NCBI GenBank assembly: GCA_902787665.1
Contig: CADAHF010000001.1
Location: forward strand, 2,757 to 66,756
Source: an uncultured Pseudomonadota bacterium
GTDB taxonomy: Bacteria > Pseudomonadota > Alphaproteobacteria > Rs-D84
DNA length: 64,000 bases
Reading direction: 5' to 3'
In this document: piece by piece, positions 44,673-54,371 of the stretch
Layout: the number at the start of each line of letters is the position of its first letter
Numbering within the stretch: the first letter of the stretch is position 1
Made by a program: the position numbers and the translations under genes
The notes under the pieces: model-generated
Database searches by the model: none
Told to the model about the DNA's origin: nothing
The model's input: the letters and a program-made list of their open reading frames with translations, nothing else

Positions 44673-45490
44673 CAAATGAAATTGAATCTTTGCCACCTGT
44701 CGCCGAAATGATGCGTGATTGCGGATTGGAACCCAAAAAGCAATTCGGGCAAAATTTTTTGTTTGATTTAAATTTAACTGGTCGTATCGCGCGCAGTGTC
44801 CCCAATATTGATAAAATAACAGTTGTTGAAGTTGGACCGGGCCCGGCGGGTTTAACCCGTGCATTATTATTGGCGGGCGCAAAGCGCGTAATTGCAATTG
44901 AAAAAGATAAAACGACTGAACCGATTTTATCACGTGTGGCGGATGCGTCCAATGGACGACTGGAAATAATATATGGTGATGCGTTGCGGGTTGATTTTTC
45001 CAAATTAGGTATCAAAGAATACGCGATTTGTGCAAATCTGCCATACAATGTGGGAACGGAATTGTTGATTGGCTGGCTGCATCAAATGGCGACGGGCACA
45101 TCAATAAAATCAATGACATTAATGTTTCAGCGCGAGGTTGCCCAACGTATCGTTGCGCATGTTGGCGATGAACAATATGGACGCCTGTCAGTGCTAACAT
45201 CATTGATTGCAGATGCCAAGATTTTGTTTGGTGTGCCATCAAGTGCTTTTGTTCCACGACCCAAGGTGGAAAGTGCAGTTGTGCAAATTATTCCAAACAA
45301 AACAAAAATAAAACAAATTGGCAATTTGGAAAAAATAGAAAAAGTGACCGCAAAACTTTTCGGTCAGCGACGCAAAATGGTTCGCGGAATTGTGCCAGGG
45401 GTTGATTGGTCGGCATTTGGTTTAACTGGGACCGAACGCGCCGAAGAAATATCGCCAGAAACATTTGTAAAACTAGCAAGCGTTTTGTGA
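44669..45490 (+). CDS. rsmA: 16S rRNA (adenine1518/1519-N6)-dimethyltransferase
   Basis: …FGQNFL… and a SAM-binding VVEVGPGPAGLT motif. Confidence 0.9.
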   Translation: MTNEIESLPPVAEMMRDCGLEPKKQFGQNFLFDLNLTGRIARSVPNIDKITVVEVGPGPAGLTRALLLAGAKRVIAIEKDKTTEPILSRVADASNGRLEIIYGDALRVDFSKLGIKEYAICANLPYNVGTELLIGWLHQMATGTSIKSMTLMFQREVAQRIVAHVGDEQYGRLSVLTSLIADAKILFGVPSSAFVPRPKVESAVVQIIPNKTKIKQIGNLEKIEKVTAKLFGQRRKMVRGIVPGVDWSAFGLTGTERAEEISPETFVKLASVL

Positions 45491-45519
45491 TATAATAAAA
45501 ATTAACAGCGGAGAGAGAG

Positions 45520-47226
45520 ATGCCTTTATCATTTTTAATTTTCTTTGGGATTTTATTCGTACTGGTATGTATGTTGCGTGCGGCACGAATTGGTGCGCTG
45601 GTTGCGTTTTTGGCGGCTGGTGTTTTATCTGGACCATTTGGATTAAATTTGTTTGAAATGAACCAGACATGGCAATTACTGGGTGATATGGGTATTTTGT
45701 TTTTATGGTTCAACATCGGTTTGGAAATTAATATGAGCCGTCTGTGGAACATGCGCAAGACGATATTCGGTCTTGGTGCGTCCCAGGTTTTAACTGTTGC
45801 TGTTATGTTGTTTCCAGTGTTATTTGGCGTAACGCGTTGGTCGGTATTGGGATGTTTGATGGTTGCATTGATTTTGGCTATGTCCAGTACATCCGAAGAT
45901 TTGCAATTATTATCAGATCGAAACGAATTGAATACTAATGTTGGAAACCAAAGTTTTTCAATTCTGTTGTTCCAAGATTTATTGTCGATTCCTATTTTGG
46001 CTATGTTGCCAGTGTTTGCAGGAAAATCGTTTAATTTTGGGGCAACGGCGATAGATGTTGTTGTTTTGTCGTTGTTGCTTGTTGTATCGGTGGTAATTGT
46101 TGGTCGTTTTATTTTGAACCCATTATTAAAACGGGTAATAAAATTAAAAAGCAAAGAAGCATTATTATTAACTGTTATGTTAAACATTGTTGTATGGGCA
46201 ACGGTGTTGGATATGATGGGATTACCGGTTGGTTTGGGCGCGTTCTTGGCCGGTATGTTGATGTCTGAAACGATTTATCGTCATCAAATAAGCGCGGAAA
46301 TAAGCCCGTATTCAATGCTGTTCCTTGCGTTTTTCTTTATCGCGTTGGGAATGGGACTTAATGTTCCGTTGTTGATTGAAAAATGGAATTATATTTTGAT
46401 TGGTTTGTGCGGTTTGGTGTTTGTAAAGTTTATGGCTTTGTTTATGGTATCGCGTGTGCGCGGAATGTTGGTTCCAGATGCAGTATTTATGGCACTGATT
46501 TTATCCCAGGGTGGTGAATTTGGTTTATTGATGTTGCAAACAATGAAGACCGCAGGGATAAATGCAATTCCATTAACCAGTTCCGAAGTTTTAACAGCAA
46601 TTATCATTTTATCTATTATGACAACACCGGTGTTGTTGGCTGTGTATGATTTTATGCGTCGGCATGGTTGGATTTTTGCTTCATATCGCCCACGCAGTTT
46701 GGATCGTAGTGGTTTGGAAATAACACCCGCTGTCGTTATTTTGGGTTTTGGACGCGTTGGGCAAATTGTTGCCAAATTAATGCAAGAACACGGAATTTCA
46801 TATGTTGCTGTTGATATGGATGTGAACGCAGTTGTTCGTGGCCGTGAACAAGATTATAATGTTGTGTTTGGAAACTGCAAAAACGGTGAAGTGTTGCGTA
46901 ATTTTGGCCTGCATCCGCGTAAAACATCGGCGGTTATAGTTGCGCTTGATAATGCAGAAACGGCAAAAGATGCAGTATTAACGGTTAAAACAATCGCGCC
47001 ACGGGTTAAAATTTTTGCACGTGCACGTAATTTAGCAGATTGTAAAGTGCTGCGCAAACATGGTGTAGATGATGCTTTGCCGGAAACTATTGAAACCGCG
47101 TTTTCGCTTGGTACGGATGTTTTGCAACACATGAAGTTTTCCGATGTAAAAATACACAGTGTGCTTGAACAATTACGCAGTGATAATTATGCGGCGCTTG
47201 ATCCGAATGCGCGGACATCAGAATAG
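45520..47226 (+). CDS. CPA2-family monovalent cation:proton antiporter with C-terminal RCK/TrkA-N domain (KefB/KefC-like)
   Basis: About 12 TM helices, followed by a Rossmann motif VVILGFGRVGQIVA. Confidence 0.8.
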   Translation: MPLSFLIFFGILFVLVCMLRAARIGALVAFLAAGVLSGPFGLNLFEMNQTWQLLGDMGILFLWFNIGLEINMSRLWNMRKTIFGLGASQVLTVAVMLFPVLFGVTRWSVLGCLMVALILAMSSTSEDLQLLSDRNELNTNVGNQSFSILLFQDLLSIPILAMLPVFAGKSFNFGATAIDVVVLSLLLVVSVVIVGRFILNPLLKRVIKLKSKEALLLTVMLNIVVWATVLDMMGLPVGLGAFLAGMLMSETIYRHQISAEISPYSMLFLAFFFIALGMGLNVPLLIEKWNYILIGLCGLVFVKFMALFMVSRVRGMLVPDAVFMALILSQGGEFGLLMLQTMKTAGINAIPLTSSEVLTAIIILSIMTTPVLLAVYDFMRRHGWIFASYRPRSLDRSGLEITPAVVILGFGRVGQIVAKLMQEHGISYVAVDMDVNAVVRGREQDYNVVFGNCKNGEVLRNFGLHPRKTSAVIVALDNAETAKDAVLTVKTIAPRVKIFARARNLADCKVLRKHGVDDALPETIETAFSLGTDVLQHMKFSDVKIHSVLEQLRSDNYAALDPNARTSE

Positions 47227-47300
47227 TTTGTGGAACATTTTATTTGATTTTGTGACCCTGGATTGCTATATTCTGTGTTGATGTTAGCGAAAGGGGACGC

Positions 47301-47825
47301 ATGAAAAAAGTAATCAAATTATTGTTGGTTGTTTTAGCAATAATATTGCTTGACCAAATATCAAAGGGTTTTCTTATAAATCTTATAACGGGGGGTGTTC
47401 CGCTTGCTGCGCCAGCGTGGGAATTAATACCAGTGCCATATTTGATGGCGCATGTGACAGATTTCTTTAATGTTGTGTTTACTTGGAATCCTGGAACATC
47501 ATTTTCGTTATTTAGGGCGTTGGGTGAATCTGCACCAATTGTTATTATTGTTATAACGGCATTTGTAATTGGTTTTATATCGTATTATATGATTAAGCGG
47601 GCAAAGGATTATGAACAATTACCATTGGCATTCATTGTTGGTGGGGCTTTTGGAAATTTAATTGATCGTATGCGTTTCGGTGCGGTGGTTGATTTCTTGG
47701 ATTTTCATATTGGTGGGGCGCATTGGCCGGCATTTAATGTCGCAGATATATTTATTTGCGTTGGTGTCGGGCTTTATATATTAAATTGGTTAATTGCCCG
47801 TCGTAAATGTATATTTAAAAAATAG
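47301..47825 (+). CDS. lspA: lipoprotein signal peptidase II
   Basis: Four TM helices and the conserved FNVADIFICVG region. Confidence 0.85.
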   Translation: MKKVIKLLLVVLAIILLDQISKGFLINLITGGVPLAAPAWELIPVPYLMAHVTDFFNVVFTWNPGTSFSLFRALGESAPIVIIVITAFVIGFISYYMIKRAKDYEQLPLAFIVGGAFGNLIDRMRFGAVVDFLDFHIGGAHWPAFNVADIFICVGVGLYILNWLIARRKCIFKK

Positions 47826-47840
47826 TTGGGGAAAAGAAAA

Positions 47841-49409
47841 ATGGTAAAGTATTTAGACAATAACAATTCTGGGTTTGCAGCATGGAACGCAAATAGAAAT
47901 GCAACAGCAAAAAAACAGGGTGGTGGGTTTCTGCGCTGGTTTTTGATATTCATCGCGGTATGGTGGGCCATTGGAATTATATTTGGTAAAAATACAAATG
48001 TTGTTCCGGTTGATGATTCTGCTGTGGTTGCGGTCGATATTTCTGGTGTTCCGGTGGAAAAGATTAAAGCGGATAAAATTACCGCTGATGTCCAGGGATT
48101 GCGTATATCAAATGTTGATTTATTAGATTTTCCGACAAGTGCGAAGGATAGCGCACCAGTAAAATTATTGTCTGGCGAAGATTCTTATGCGGAAATCGGC
48201 GTTGTCGGTGTCGGTGTGGCCGCGCCAACGGCAAATACCGTGTGGAAAAAATCTGGCGATACTTATACCTGGCGTAACAGTGATGGCATTGTGTTTAATC
48301 GAACAATTTCTGTTGATGGATATGTTATATCAGTCAATGACGAAATAAAAAACAATACTAAAAAAGATTTTTCTTTTGCACCATACGCAAAAATTAGACG
48401 CGAAAATGACCGTCCGTCATCTGCTGGGGTTTATACTGGTTTGGTTGTTTTTGCCAATGGTGATGTTGAACATGATGATTGGCGGGTGCTGGCCAGAAAA
48501 CCACAGGCATATACAACGACAAATGGGTTTGCCGGGTTTGTTGATCAGTATTGGGAAACGGTGACGGATGTTGATGTGCCAGACCAAACAATACGCGCGC
48601 AAAAGTATGGTGAAATATATCAATCAGATATAACTGCGCGTGCGGTAAATGTTGCGTCAAAATCAAATGTGAATATTGTTACATACCTTTATGTTGGTCC
48701 GCGTGATAGTGATACATTAAAAATTGCATCACAGAAAATCACAGGTATTGAAAAAACAGTGGATTATGGTTGGTTCTGGTTTTTGGCAATGCCGATGTTG
48801 TGGCTGATAAATGTAATAAACGCAATTGTTATGAATTATGGTGTCGCGATTATCATCATGACGATTTTGTTGCGATTGCTGATGTGGCCATTAACACGTA
48901 AATCTTTCACATCAATGGCGGCAATGCAGAAAATGCAGCCAGAAATGCAACGTATACAGAAACTTTACGCAAATGACAAACAACGCTTGCAAATTGAAAT
49001 GATGAAATTGTATCAAACACACAAGACTTCACCGATGTCTGGGTGTTTGCCGATGTTAATTCAAATTCCAATTTTCTTTGCGTTGTATAAAGCATTAATA
49101 ATATCTGTTCAAATGCGTAATGCACACTTTTTATGGATATCTGATTTGGCGGTAATGGATCCATACTTTATCTTGCCGATATTGATGGGGGCATCGATGT
49201 GGTTACAACAACGTTTGCAATCAGGTGCATCTAAATCGGCAGATAAAAATGATATTGCTGCACAAACACAACGCGCAATGCGTTGGATGCCAATAATATT
49301 TACGGTAATGTTTGCGTGGATGCCAGCGGGGCTGGTGCTGTATTGGACAGTGTCAAACCTGTTTGGTATTTTGCAGATGTACATAATCAAACGCAATATG
49401 GATAAATAA
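47841..49409 (+). CDS. yidC: membrane protein insertase YidC
   Basis: N-terminal TM helix, a large periplasmic domain, and a C-terminal 5-TM insertase core (…GCLPMLIQIPIFFALY…). ATG at 47841 (the track uses the TTG at 47826). Confidence 0.9.
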   Translation: MVKYLDNNNSGFAAWNANRNATAKKQGGGFLRWFLIFIAVWWAIGIIFGKNTNVVPVDDSAVVAVDISGVPVEKIKADKITADVQGLRISNVDLLDFPTSAKDSAPVKLLSGEDSYAEIGVVGVGVAAPTANTVWKKSGDTYTWRNSDGIVFNRTISVDGYVISVNDEIKNNTKKDFSFAPYAKIRRENDRPSSAGVYTGLVVFANGDVEHDDWRVLARKPQAYTTTNGFAGFVDQYWETVTDVDVPDQTIRAQKYGEIYQSDITARAVNVASKSNVNIVTYLYVGPRDSDTLKIASQKITGIEKTVDYGWFWFLAMPMLWLINVINAIVMNYGVAIIIMTILLRLLMWPLTRKSFTSMAAMQKMQPEMQRIQKLYANDKQRLQIEMMKLYQTHKTSPMSGCLPMLIQIPIFFALYKALIISVQMRNAHFLWISDLAVMDPYFILPILMGASMWLQQRLQSGASKSADKNDIAAQTQRAMRWMPIIFTVMFAWMPAGLVLYWTVSNLFGILQMYIIKRNMDK

Positions 49410-49436
49410 AAATGCCCGTTTGGGCATTTTTATTTA
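49408..49436 (+). terminator. rho-independent terminator after yidC
   Basis: AAAATGCCCGTTTGGGCATTTTTATTT. Confidence 0.75.
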
Positions 49437-49787
49437 TGAATTAAATATTTATACAGTGCATATGGTGTTTGTATAAATATGGATTTTATTTTTAATGTGT
49501 GTTTGCATAAATCAACACAAGAATATGCAGATACACAATCAAGATTTATTGGTGTGGGTGGCGAGATATAAACAAATTTCCAACCATATAGACGCAGAAT
49601 CGTGATGTCACGTGGGCAAAGATGAATTTTTGTAATATGATTTCGTCGTATAAATTGATACATAATTAAATCTTTGCCTGAACATATTATTGGTGCGCAA
49701 TGACGATAATGGCGACACAATATGCGTGGCAAAATTTTGGAAGTGTTTTCTGCAAAAGCAATAATAATCATTGTCGTATCCTTTTTT

Positions 49788-50132
49788 TTATTTTTCTAAC
49801 CAACCGCATTCTAAAGCCGCCGTTTCAATTGTGTTCATTGCATCCCGCCATAATGCCGCTGCACGATTTTCAGACCATATATATTGGTGTGGTGCACGTC
49901 GCCGGTCACCAAATTTTTTCATAACAGCCAATTGTTCATCACTTAATTTCCCACACAGATAAAGTTTGGTTATTAATGTTTCGACATCTAATAATTCACA
50001 CGGTCTGCGTGTTGGTGTGCCGTGGTAATGCGTATATCCATTTTGAACAGATTTAGAATATAAAAACCAAAACCATAATTGTTCTGCATTGTGAAACTTT
50101 TCCTGATTGTATGCCATTTGGGTTTGTGTCAT
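49788..50132 (-). CDS. hypothetical small protein (114 aa), possible HTH-like segment
   Basis: Strong RBS AAGGAG 9 nt upstream of the ATG. It lies immediately downstream of the virB8-10 operon terminators. No family recognised. Confidence 0.4.
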   Translation of the reverse strand: MTQTQMAYNQEKFHNAEQLWFWFLYSKSVQNGYTHYHGTPTRRPCELLDVETLITKLYLCGKLSDEQLAVMKKFGDRRRAPHQYIWSENRAAALWRDAMNTIETAALECGWLEK

Positions 50133-50298
50133 TTTTTGTACTCCTTGTTATAAGTCGTTGTAATTTGTTTATAGAAACACAAGAGAATTATATAAATTGT
50201 TACAACTTTGGGTTGATTGACGAATCGGTTTTTCGATTCGTATATGTTGTTTTGTTTTTGTGCGTGCGAATCGAAAAAAACGAGTTTTATTTTATAAA

Positions 50299-50326
50299 CA
50301 AAAAAAAACGCGCAAAGATGCGCGTT
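50299..50326 (-). terminator. second rho-independent terminator downstream of virB10 (minus strand)
   Basis: CGCGCATCTTTGCGCG followed by TTTTTTTTT on the minus strand. Confidence 0.65.
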
Positions 50327-50377
50327 TAATTTATTGTATTGTTTTTATTGTTATGATGTATCCATATAATTACCCTT

Positions 50378-50410
50378 TAAATAAAAAGCCCCACTTTAGT
50401 GGGGCTTTTG
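50378..50410 (-). terminator. rho-independent terminator immediately after virB10 stop (minus strand)
   Basis: AAAGCCCCACTAAAGTGGGGCTTTTTATTT on the minus strand, about 20 nt after the stop. Confidence 0.7.
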
Positions 50411-50429
50411 TATAATGTTTTTTTGCTAT

Positions 50430-52775
50430 CTACAATATCGGCGGGAAACAATCGCCACCAACTTCGGGACAGCAATTAAATCCCTGGTCGCCCATATCTG
50501 TATAAATTTCACCAGCACAACAACCATTTGCATCTGGATTAGAACCGTCTGTACATTTTATTACTGCTTCTGATGCATTGTTTCCAGAAGAAGAGTTCTT
50601 GAACGGATTTTCAATTGTGCCGTTATCGTTGTATTTTAACCCAAGAACTTGTTCATTATATTTCTGTGTTCCTTTGCCACCTGTGCTGGCAATACTGTTA
50701 GTATTAGATGGATCTTGTTGATTTTGATAAACCGCTTGTTGTTTTGCATTATTAATTGCCTCATAATTACTGGCCTGACAATATGCGACAAGCGTGCTGT
50801 ATGAATAACCCAATTTCTGTAATTCTTCGCGCACTGTATCATATGATTTTGCAGTTATAATACCATTTTTAGGTTCACACAGATTACCCAAATTAAATGA
50901 ACGTGCCTGACCAACCCAAGTACCATCGTTATAATCTGCATATGCACCCCATTTTGGTGTGCTGCGTACATTATTTGCCATGGCGGTACGAACCATACAT
51001 TTTTCGTTTGTTGTGCACGCAACCATTAAATCATTTGGAGAATATACTGTAATACGTGTTCCAGCCGGAATCGTAAATGGCGGAACGGTATTATCCATCA
51101 TATCAACCAATAATTTTTGTGCAACCTGATTCCAAGCAGTTATGATTTCGTTTTTTGCAAGTTCAGAAGAACGCATGGTCCCACTTTGCACAACGGTGTT
51201 ATTATCCAAATCAATTTGGTTTACGAATTTATCAGCAACCGGTGCAATCATATTAACAGCCGCTGGAACAATAGATGTTAACATTGGCATAACGAATTGT
51301 TCTAAGTAATCGGTACTGCCCCGTCCAGGAACACCAATACGACCCTGGGCGTCGGCAGAAACAGGTTCGTCATTTGCAAAATTAAATTCAACACCATTTG
51401 GTAAAACAAATTGATACCATTTTATGTTCATACGACCGATTGCCTTATAAGGACCAGGTACTTGACCGGTGACATAACCCAACAACAATGTTCCTGTTGG
51501 AATTATTATTGTTCGACCATTGTCTGAATACACATTACGGTCAACCGTTGCGCGAACAGGAAAATGTAAGTTATCTGCATCCAATGCCGTATCAGCACGA
51601 ACATCCGATACAATTGTTGCAGGAATTGGTTTATATTGACGAAGGATAAATGTTCTGTCATATGGTTGTGTTGACACGACAACAGTTTGGTCTGTGGTAT
51701 CAAATATTGCATCTTTGATTGGTGCTGGATTTAATGTAATGCGACCCATTTCACCGATTGGTTCGCTTGCCACAGATGTTGGACGATTTGCAACACGTGC
51801 ACGTGGTGCGTCCATAAGTGTCGGCATTAAACCGGTTGTCAAAGCAGAATTTATATGTTCTGCATCAGTACCGATTTTTTTGCCAGCATCATTAATATCT
51901 GTAATCAAACCCGTTCCAGGATTATATATCCCAGTTGCGTTTTTACAATTGCGATCAGAAAACAGATAGAAATAATAACCACCGTGTTCTGGTTTTATCC
52001 AACCATTTTGAGTGCCATATACATCATACCCAGGAAACGCAAAGTCAGAACAACTTTCGCTTGGGTGGACAACCGGTGCAACAGATGGTTCCGTTGCTGT
52101 CGGCAATTTTGTTTTGGTTGTTTTAACAGGTTCTGTTGCAAATGGATCTGATGGCGCAATAGATTTAACCTCTTGTTCAATTTTTGTAGCTGTTGTTGGC
52201 GCAACATATTCAGGTTCATCAAAATCATTGATTTGTTTTTTTGGTGTTACAACTGATTTTGGTTTTTCAATTTGCTCTGGTGCGGATGCGCCCAAAACCA
52301 CCATAACTTTTTCCGCAGATTTCATTTCTTCGGGTTCGTTTTCGCCACGCCAATATATAGATAATGTTAATGTTTCTGGTTTTGCGGCAACAGTCGGCGC
52401 ATATTCCAAAAATACATTACATGAAATTTTGGCATTTATAACGGCGGCATCTGTGCATGTGGTTTTTGCACTAAAACCAGCAACAGTTTTATTTTGACCC
52501 ATTGATACCTTAGCAGGGGCGGTTGTTTTCACAGATATGGTTTGTGTCTTTTTTTCGCCAACGGTTACATTTGCCCAATCGACAGTATCGGCCGACAAAG
52601 TTATTTTCACAGGGACATCTTCTTTGACTGGTGCGGCAGATTTATTTTTTGTTCCAGTCAGTAATAATGTTAACAAAATCAATACCACAATGAATGTTGC
52701 ACCCAAAAGCAACCATTGAACTTGCTTTGGGGTCGAGTCACGCATATTTAAAAATTGTTGTTTTAATTTGTTCAT
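50430..52775 (-). CDS. virB10: T4SS VirB10/TrbI-family protein, enlarged (~780 aa) with extra N-terminal periplasmic domains and a Cys-rich ~200-aa C-terminal extension
   Basis: Cytoplasmic N-terminus and one TM helix (WLLLGATFIVVLILLTLLL). The conserved VirB10 C-terminal barrel region is present (…DRNVYSDNGRTIIIPTGTLLLGYV…RIGVPGRG…GTRITVYSPNDL…). The ATG at 52775 is preferred over the GTG at 52793. Confidence 0.75.
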   Translation of the reverse strand: MNKLKQQFLNMRDSTPKQVQWLLLGATFIVVLILLTLLLTGTKNKSAAPVKEDVPVKITLSADTVDWANVTVGEKKTQTISVKTTAPAKVSMGQNKTVAGFSAKTTCTDAAVINAKISCNVFLEYAPTVAAKPETLTLSIYWRGENEPEEMKSAEKVMVVLGASAPEQIEKPKSVVTPKKQINDFDEPEYVAPTTATKIEQEVKSIAPSDPFATEPVKTTKTKLPTATEPSVAPVVHPSESCSDFAFPGYDVYGTQNGWIKPEHGGYYFYLFSDRNCKNATGIYNPGTGLITDINDAGKKIGTDAEHINSALTTGLMPTLMDAPRARVANRPTSVASEPIGEMGRITLNPAPIKDAIFDTTDQTVVVSTQPYDRTFILRQYKPIPATIVSDVRADTALDADNLHFPVRATVDRNVYSDNGRTIIIPTGTLLLGYVTGQVPGPYKAIGRMNIKWYQFVLPNGVEFNFANDEPVSADAQGRIGVPGRGSTDYLEQFVMPMLTSIVPAAVNMIAPVADKFVNQIDLDNNTVVQSGTMRSSELAKNEIITAWNQVAQKLLVDMMDNTVPPFTIPAGTRITVYSPNDLMVACTTNEKCMVRTAMANNVRSTPKWGAYADYNDGTWVGQARSFNLGNLCEPKNGIITAKSYDTVREELQKLGYSYSTLVAYCQASNYEAINNAKQQAVYQNQQDPSNTNSIASTGGKGTQKYNEQVLGLKYNDNGTIENPFKNSSSGNNASEAVIKCTDGSNPDANGCCAGEIYTDMGDQGFNCCPEVGGDCFPPIL

Positions 52776-52807
52776 ATTACAACATATCCGCACTTGTTAT
52801 TACAATC

Positions 52808-54349
52808 TTATTGAATACGAACGACACTGCAACTTGCACCACTGAACTTTAACAATTGGTCACACAGTTTTTGTGCCGCATCAATATCACTCATTGGACC
52901 AATGCGCAAACGATACAAGCGTGCCGCAGATGCGCCCGACCCAAGATCGCCAACACCCTGTTCGTCAACAGCAAAGAACACCTTGTCTTTATATGGGGTC
53001 AATATTCCTTGTCCATTGTCGCCACTGAATTTAGCAAGCAAATCAACCCAGTAATCATTTAACGCCTTGACCGAAGAATCTGATTTCAATTCAACGGCAA
53101 CACCAGCCTGATTGCTTGTAATAAGTGGAATGTTTGATTGTGGCAAATATGAACCAGCCGTAACGCGTTCTGTTGGCATCATTGTTACACCACCTGCAGA
53201 TTGTGTCATTGGTGTTATTGTTGCAGGTTGTGGATATGCCTGGCCAGCAACGAAGCCGGTTGGCATATAATAGCCAGCCGCGGCATTGTTGGACATATCG
53301 CCAATCATAACAGGTGTCCCGGTATTATTCACACCAGCACTATTTATGGCGGCCATATCATAACCATAAGCCATATTGTTCAACGATTGTCCCGACATCA
53401 TAGATTGTGCAACATTTGCCTCAGCCAAAGCCATAACAGATGCGGTATCAGTAATCAAGAATGGTTTTTCACGTTTTTTGATACATACGATACGTTGACC
53501 ACTGCGCAAGACCATGTCGCCAACCGCTTCGACAATAATCAAACGGCCGTCTTCACCATCGGTACGGAAACCAACAGGGGATTCGCCACCTTCGACCAAC
53601 AATGAAACCACCGGACGTTGAGTCATGGATATAACCTTGTCACCGAAATCAATATATGTGAATATACGGTCACGCCATACACGTTCAGGCGCAATTACAT
53701 AATCGTCTGGATTTGGAACAAAGATATCCAAATCAAAGCGAAATTCAGAAGGGTCGATTTTCATTGATTTTATCCAGCCATAATCTTCGCCATCAACACC
53801 GACCGTGTTTGATTTTTGGGCACTCTTTTTAAATACAGATGACATCGTGCCATTTGGCATTGTTGTGCCGGTTGCATTTGGCAAAGTTGCGCCACCGTCC
53901 ATTACAACTTCGACCTGAGAATAGGTAACCTCAGACGAATTGGATGGTTCTGCACGCAGATAGAATATGTATTTGTTGCCAGATTTACCAGTAACAATCA
54001 AATTAGTATCACCACCTTGGACCCCAGAATTTGGTGTTAAATACATAACGTTTGTGCCAGCGGTACCTTCAAATTTAAACAAACCATCGTCGCCAAACAT
54101 ACCATCTTCGATTTGTTCGCCGTTTGGCAATGTAACCATCGTAACCATGCCACTGCGCAATTTGATTGGTAAAACCGTTCCTTTGGACCAGGACAATTGT
54201 GCATAACCAGGTTTGGTGCTGCCCGATGTCATATTTGCACTTGGGTTATTCCACGCATTCTGTGCAGAAAATGCCGACATTGGCATGGCGCAAACACAAG
54301 CCAAGCACAATAAAGAAATGTTCAACTTAATCGTTCTTGAAAATATCAT
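52808..54349 (-). CDS. virB9: T4SS VirB9/TrbG-family protein fused to a C-terminal FtsN-like SPOR domain
   Basis: Signal peptide (…LLCLACVCAMPMSAFSA). VirB9 N-domain (…PIKLRSGMVTMVTLPNGEQIEDGMFGDD…NLIVTGKSGNKYIFYLRAE…) and C-domain (…IFTYIDFGDKV…RLIIVEAVGDMVLRSGQRIVCIKK…). The terminal ~95 aa are SPOR-like and carry a Cys pair (…LYRLRIGPMSDIDAAQKLCDQLLKFSGASCSVVRIQ). RBS AAAGGAAAGG before the ATG at 54349. Confidence 0.7.
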   Translation of the reverse strand: MIFSRTIKLNISLLCLACVCAMPMSAFSAQNAWNNPSANMTSGSTKPGYAQLSWSKGTVLPIKLRSGMVTMVTLPNGEQIEDGMFGDDGLFKFEGTAGTNVMYLTPNSGVQGGDTNLIVTGKSGNKYIFYLRAEPSNSSEVTYSQVEVVMDGGATLPNATGTTMPNGTMSSVFKKSAQKSNTVGVDGEDYGWIKSMKIDPSEFRFDLDIFVPNPDDYVIAPERVWRDRIFTYIDFGDKVISMTQRPVVSLLVEGGESPVGFRTDGEDGRLIIVEAVGDMVLRSGQRIVCIKKREKPFLITDTASVMALAEANVAQSMMSGQSLNNMAYGYDMAAINSAGVNNTGTPVMIGDMSNNAAAGYYMPTGFVAGQAYPQPATITPMTQSAGGVTMMPTERVTAGSYLPQSNIPLITSNQAGVAVELKSDSSVKALNDYWVDLLAKFSGDNGQGILTPYKDKVFFAVDEQGVGDLGSGASAARLYRLRIGPMSDIDAAQKLCDQLLKFSGASCSVVRIQ

Positions 54350-54371
54350 GTCCTTTCCTTTCTCTGCTTTA

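Noticed and set aside
45288-46187. 299-aa minus-strand ORF, rich in Asn/Lys/Ile
   Set aside because: It is entirely antisense to the well-supported KefB-like antiporter gene. Its composition is low-complexity, as expected from an AT-rich antisense frame, and there is no RBS.
52776-52793. GTG start for virB10 used by the ORF track
   Set aside because: An in-frame ATG (MNKLKQQF…) lies 18 nt downstream and still precedes the TM helix. Either start is possible, but the ATG is preferred. This is flagged as uncertain rather than wrong.
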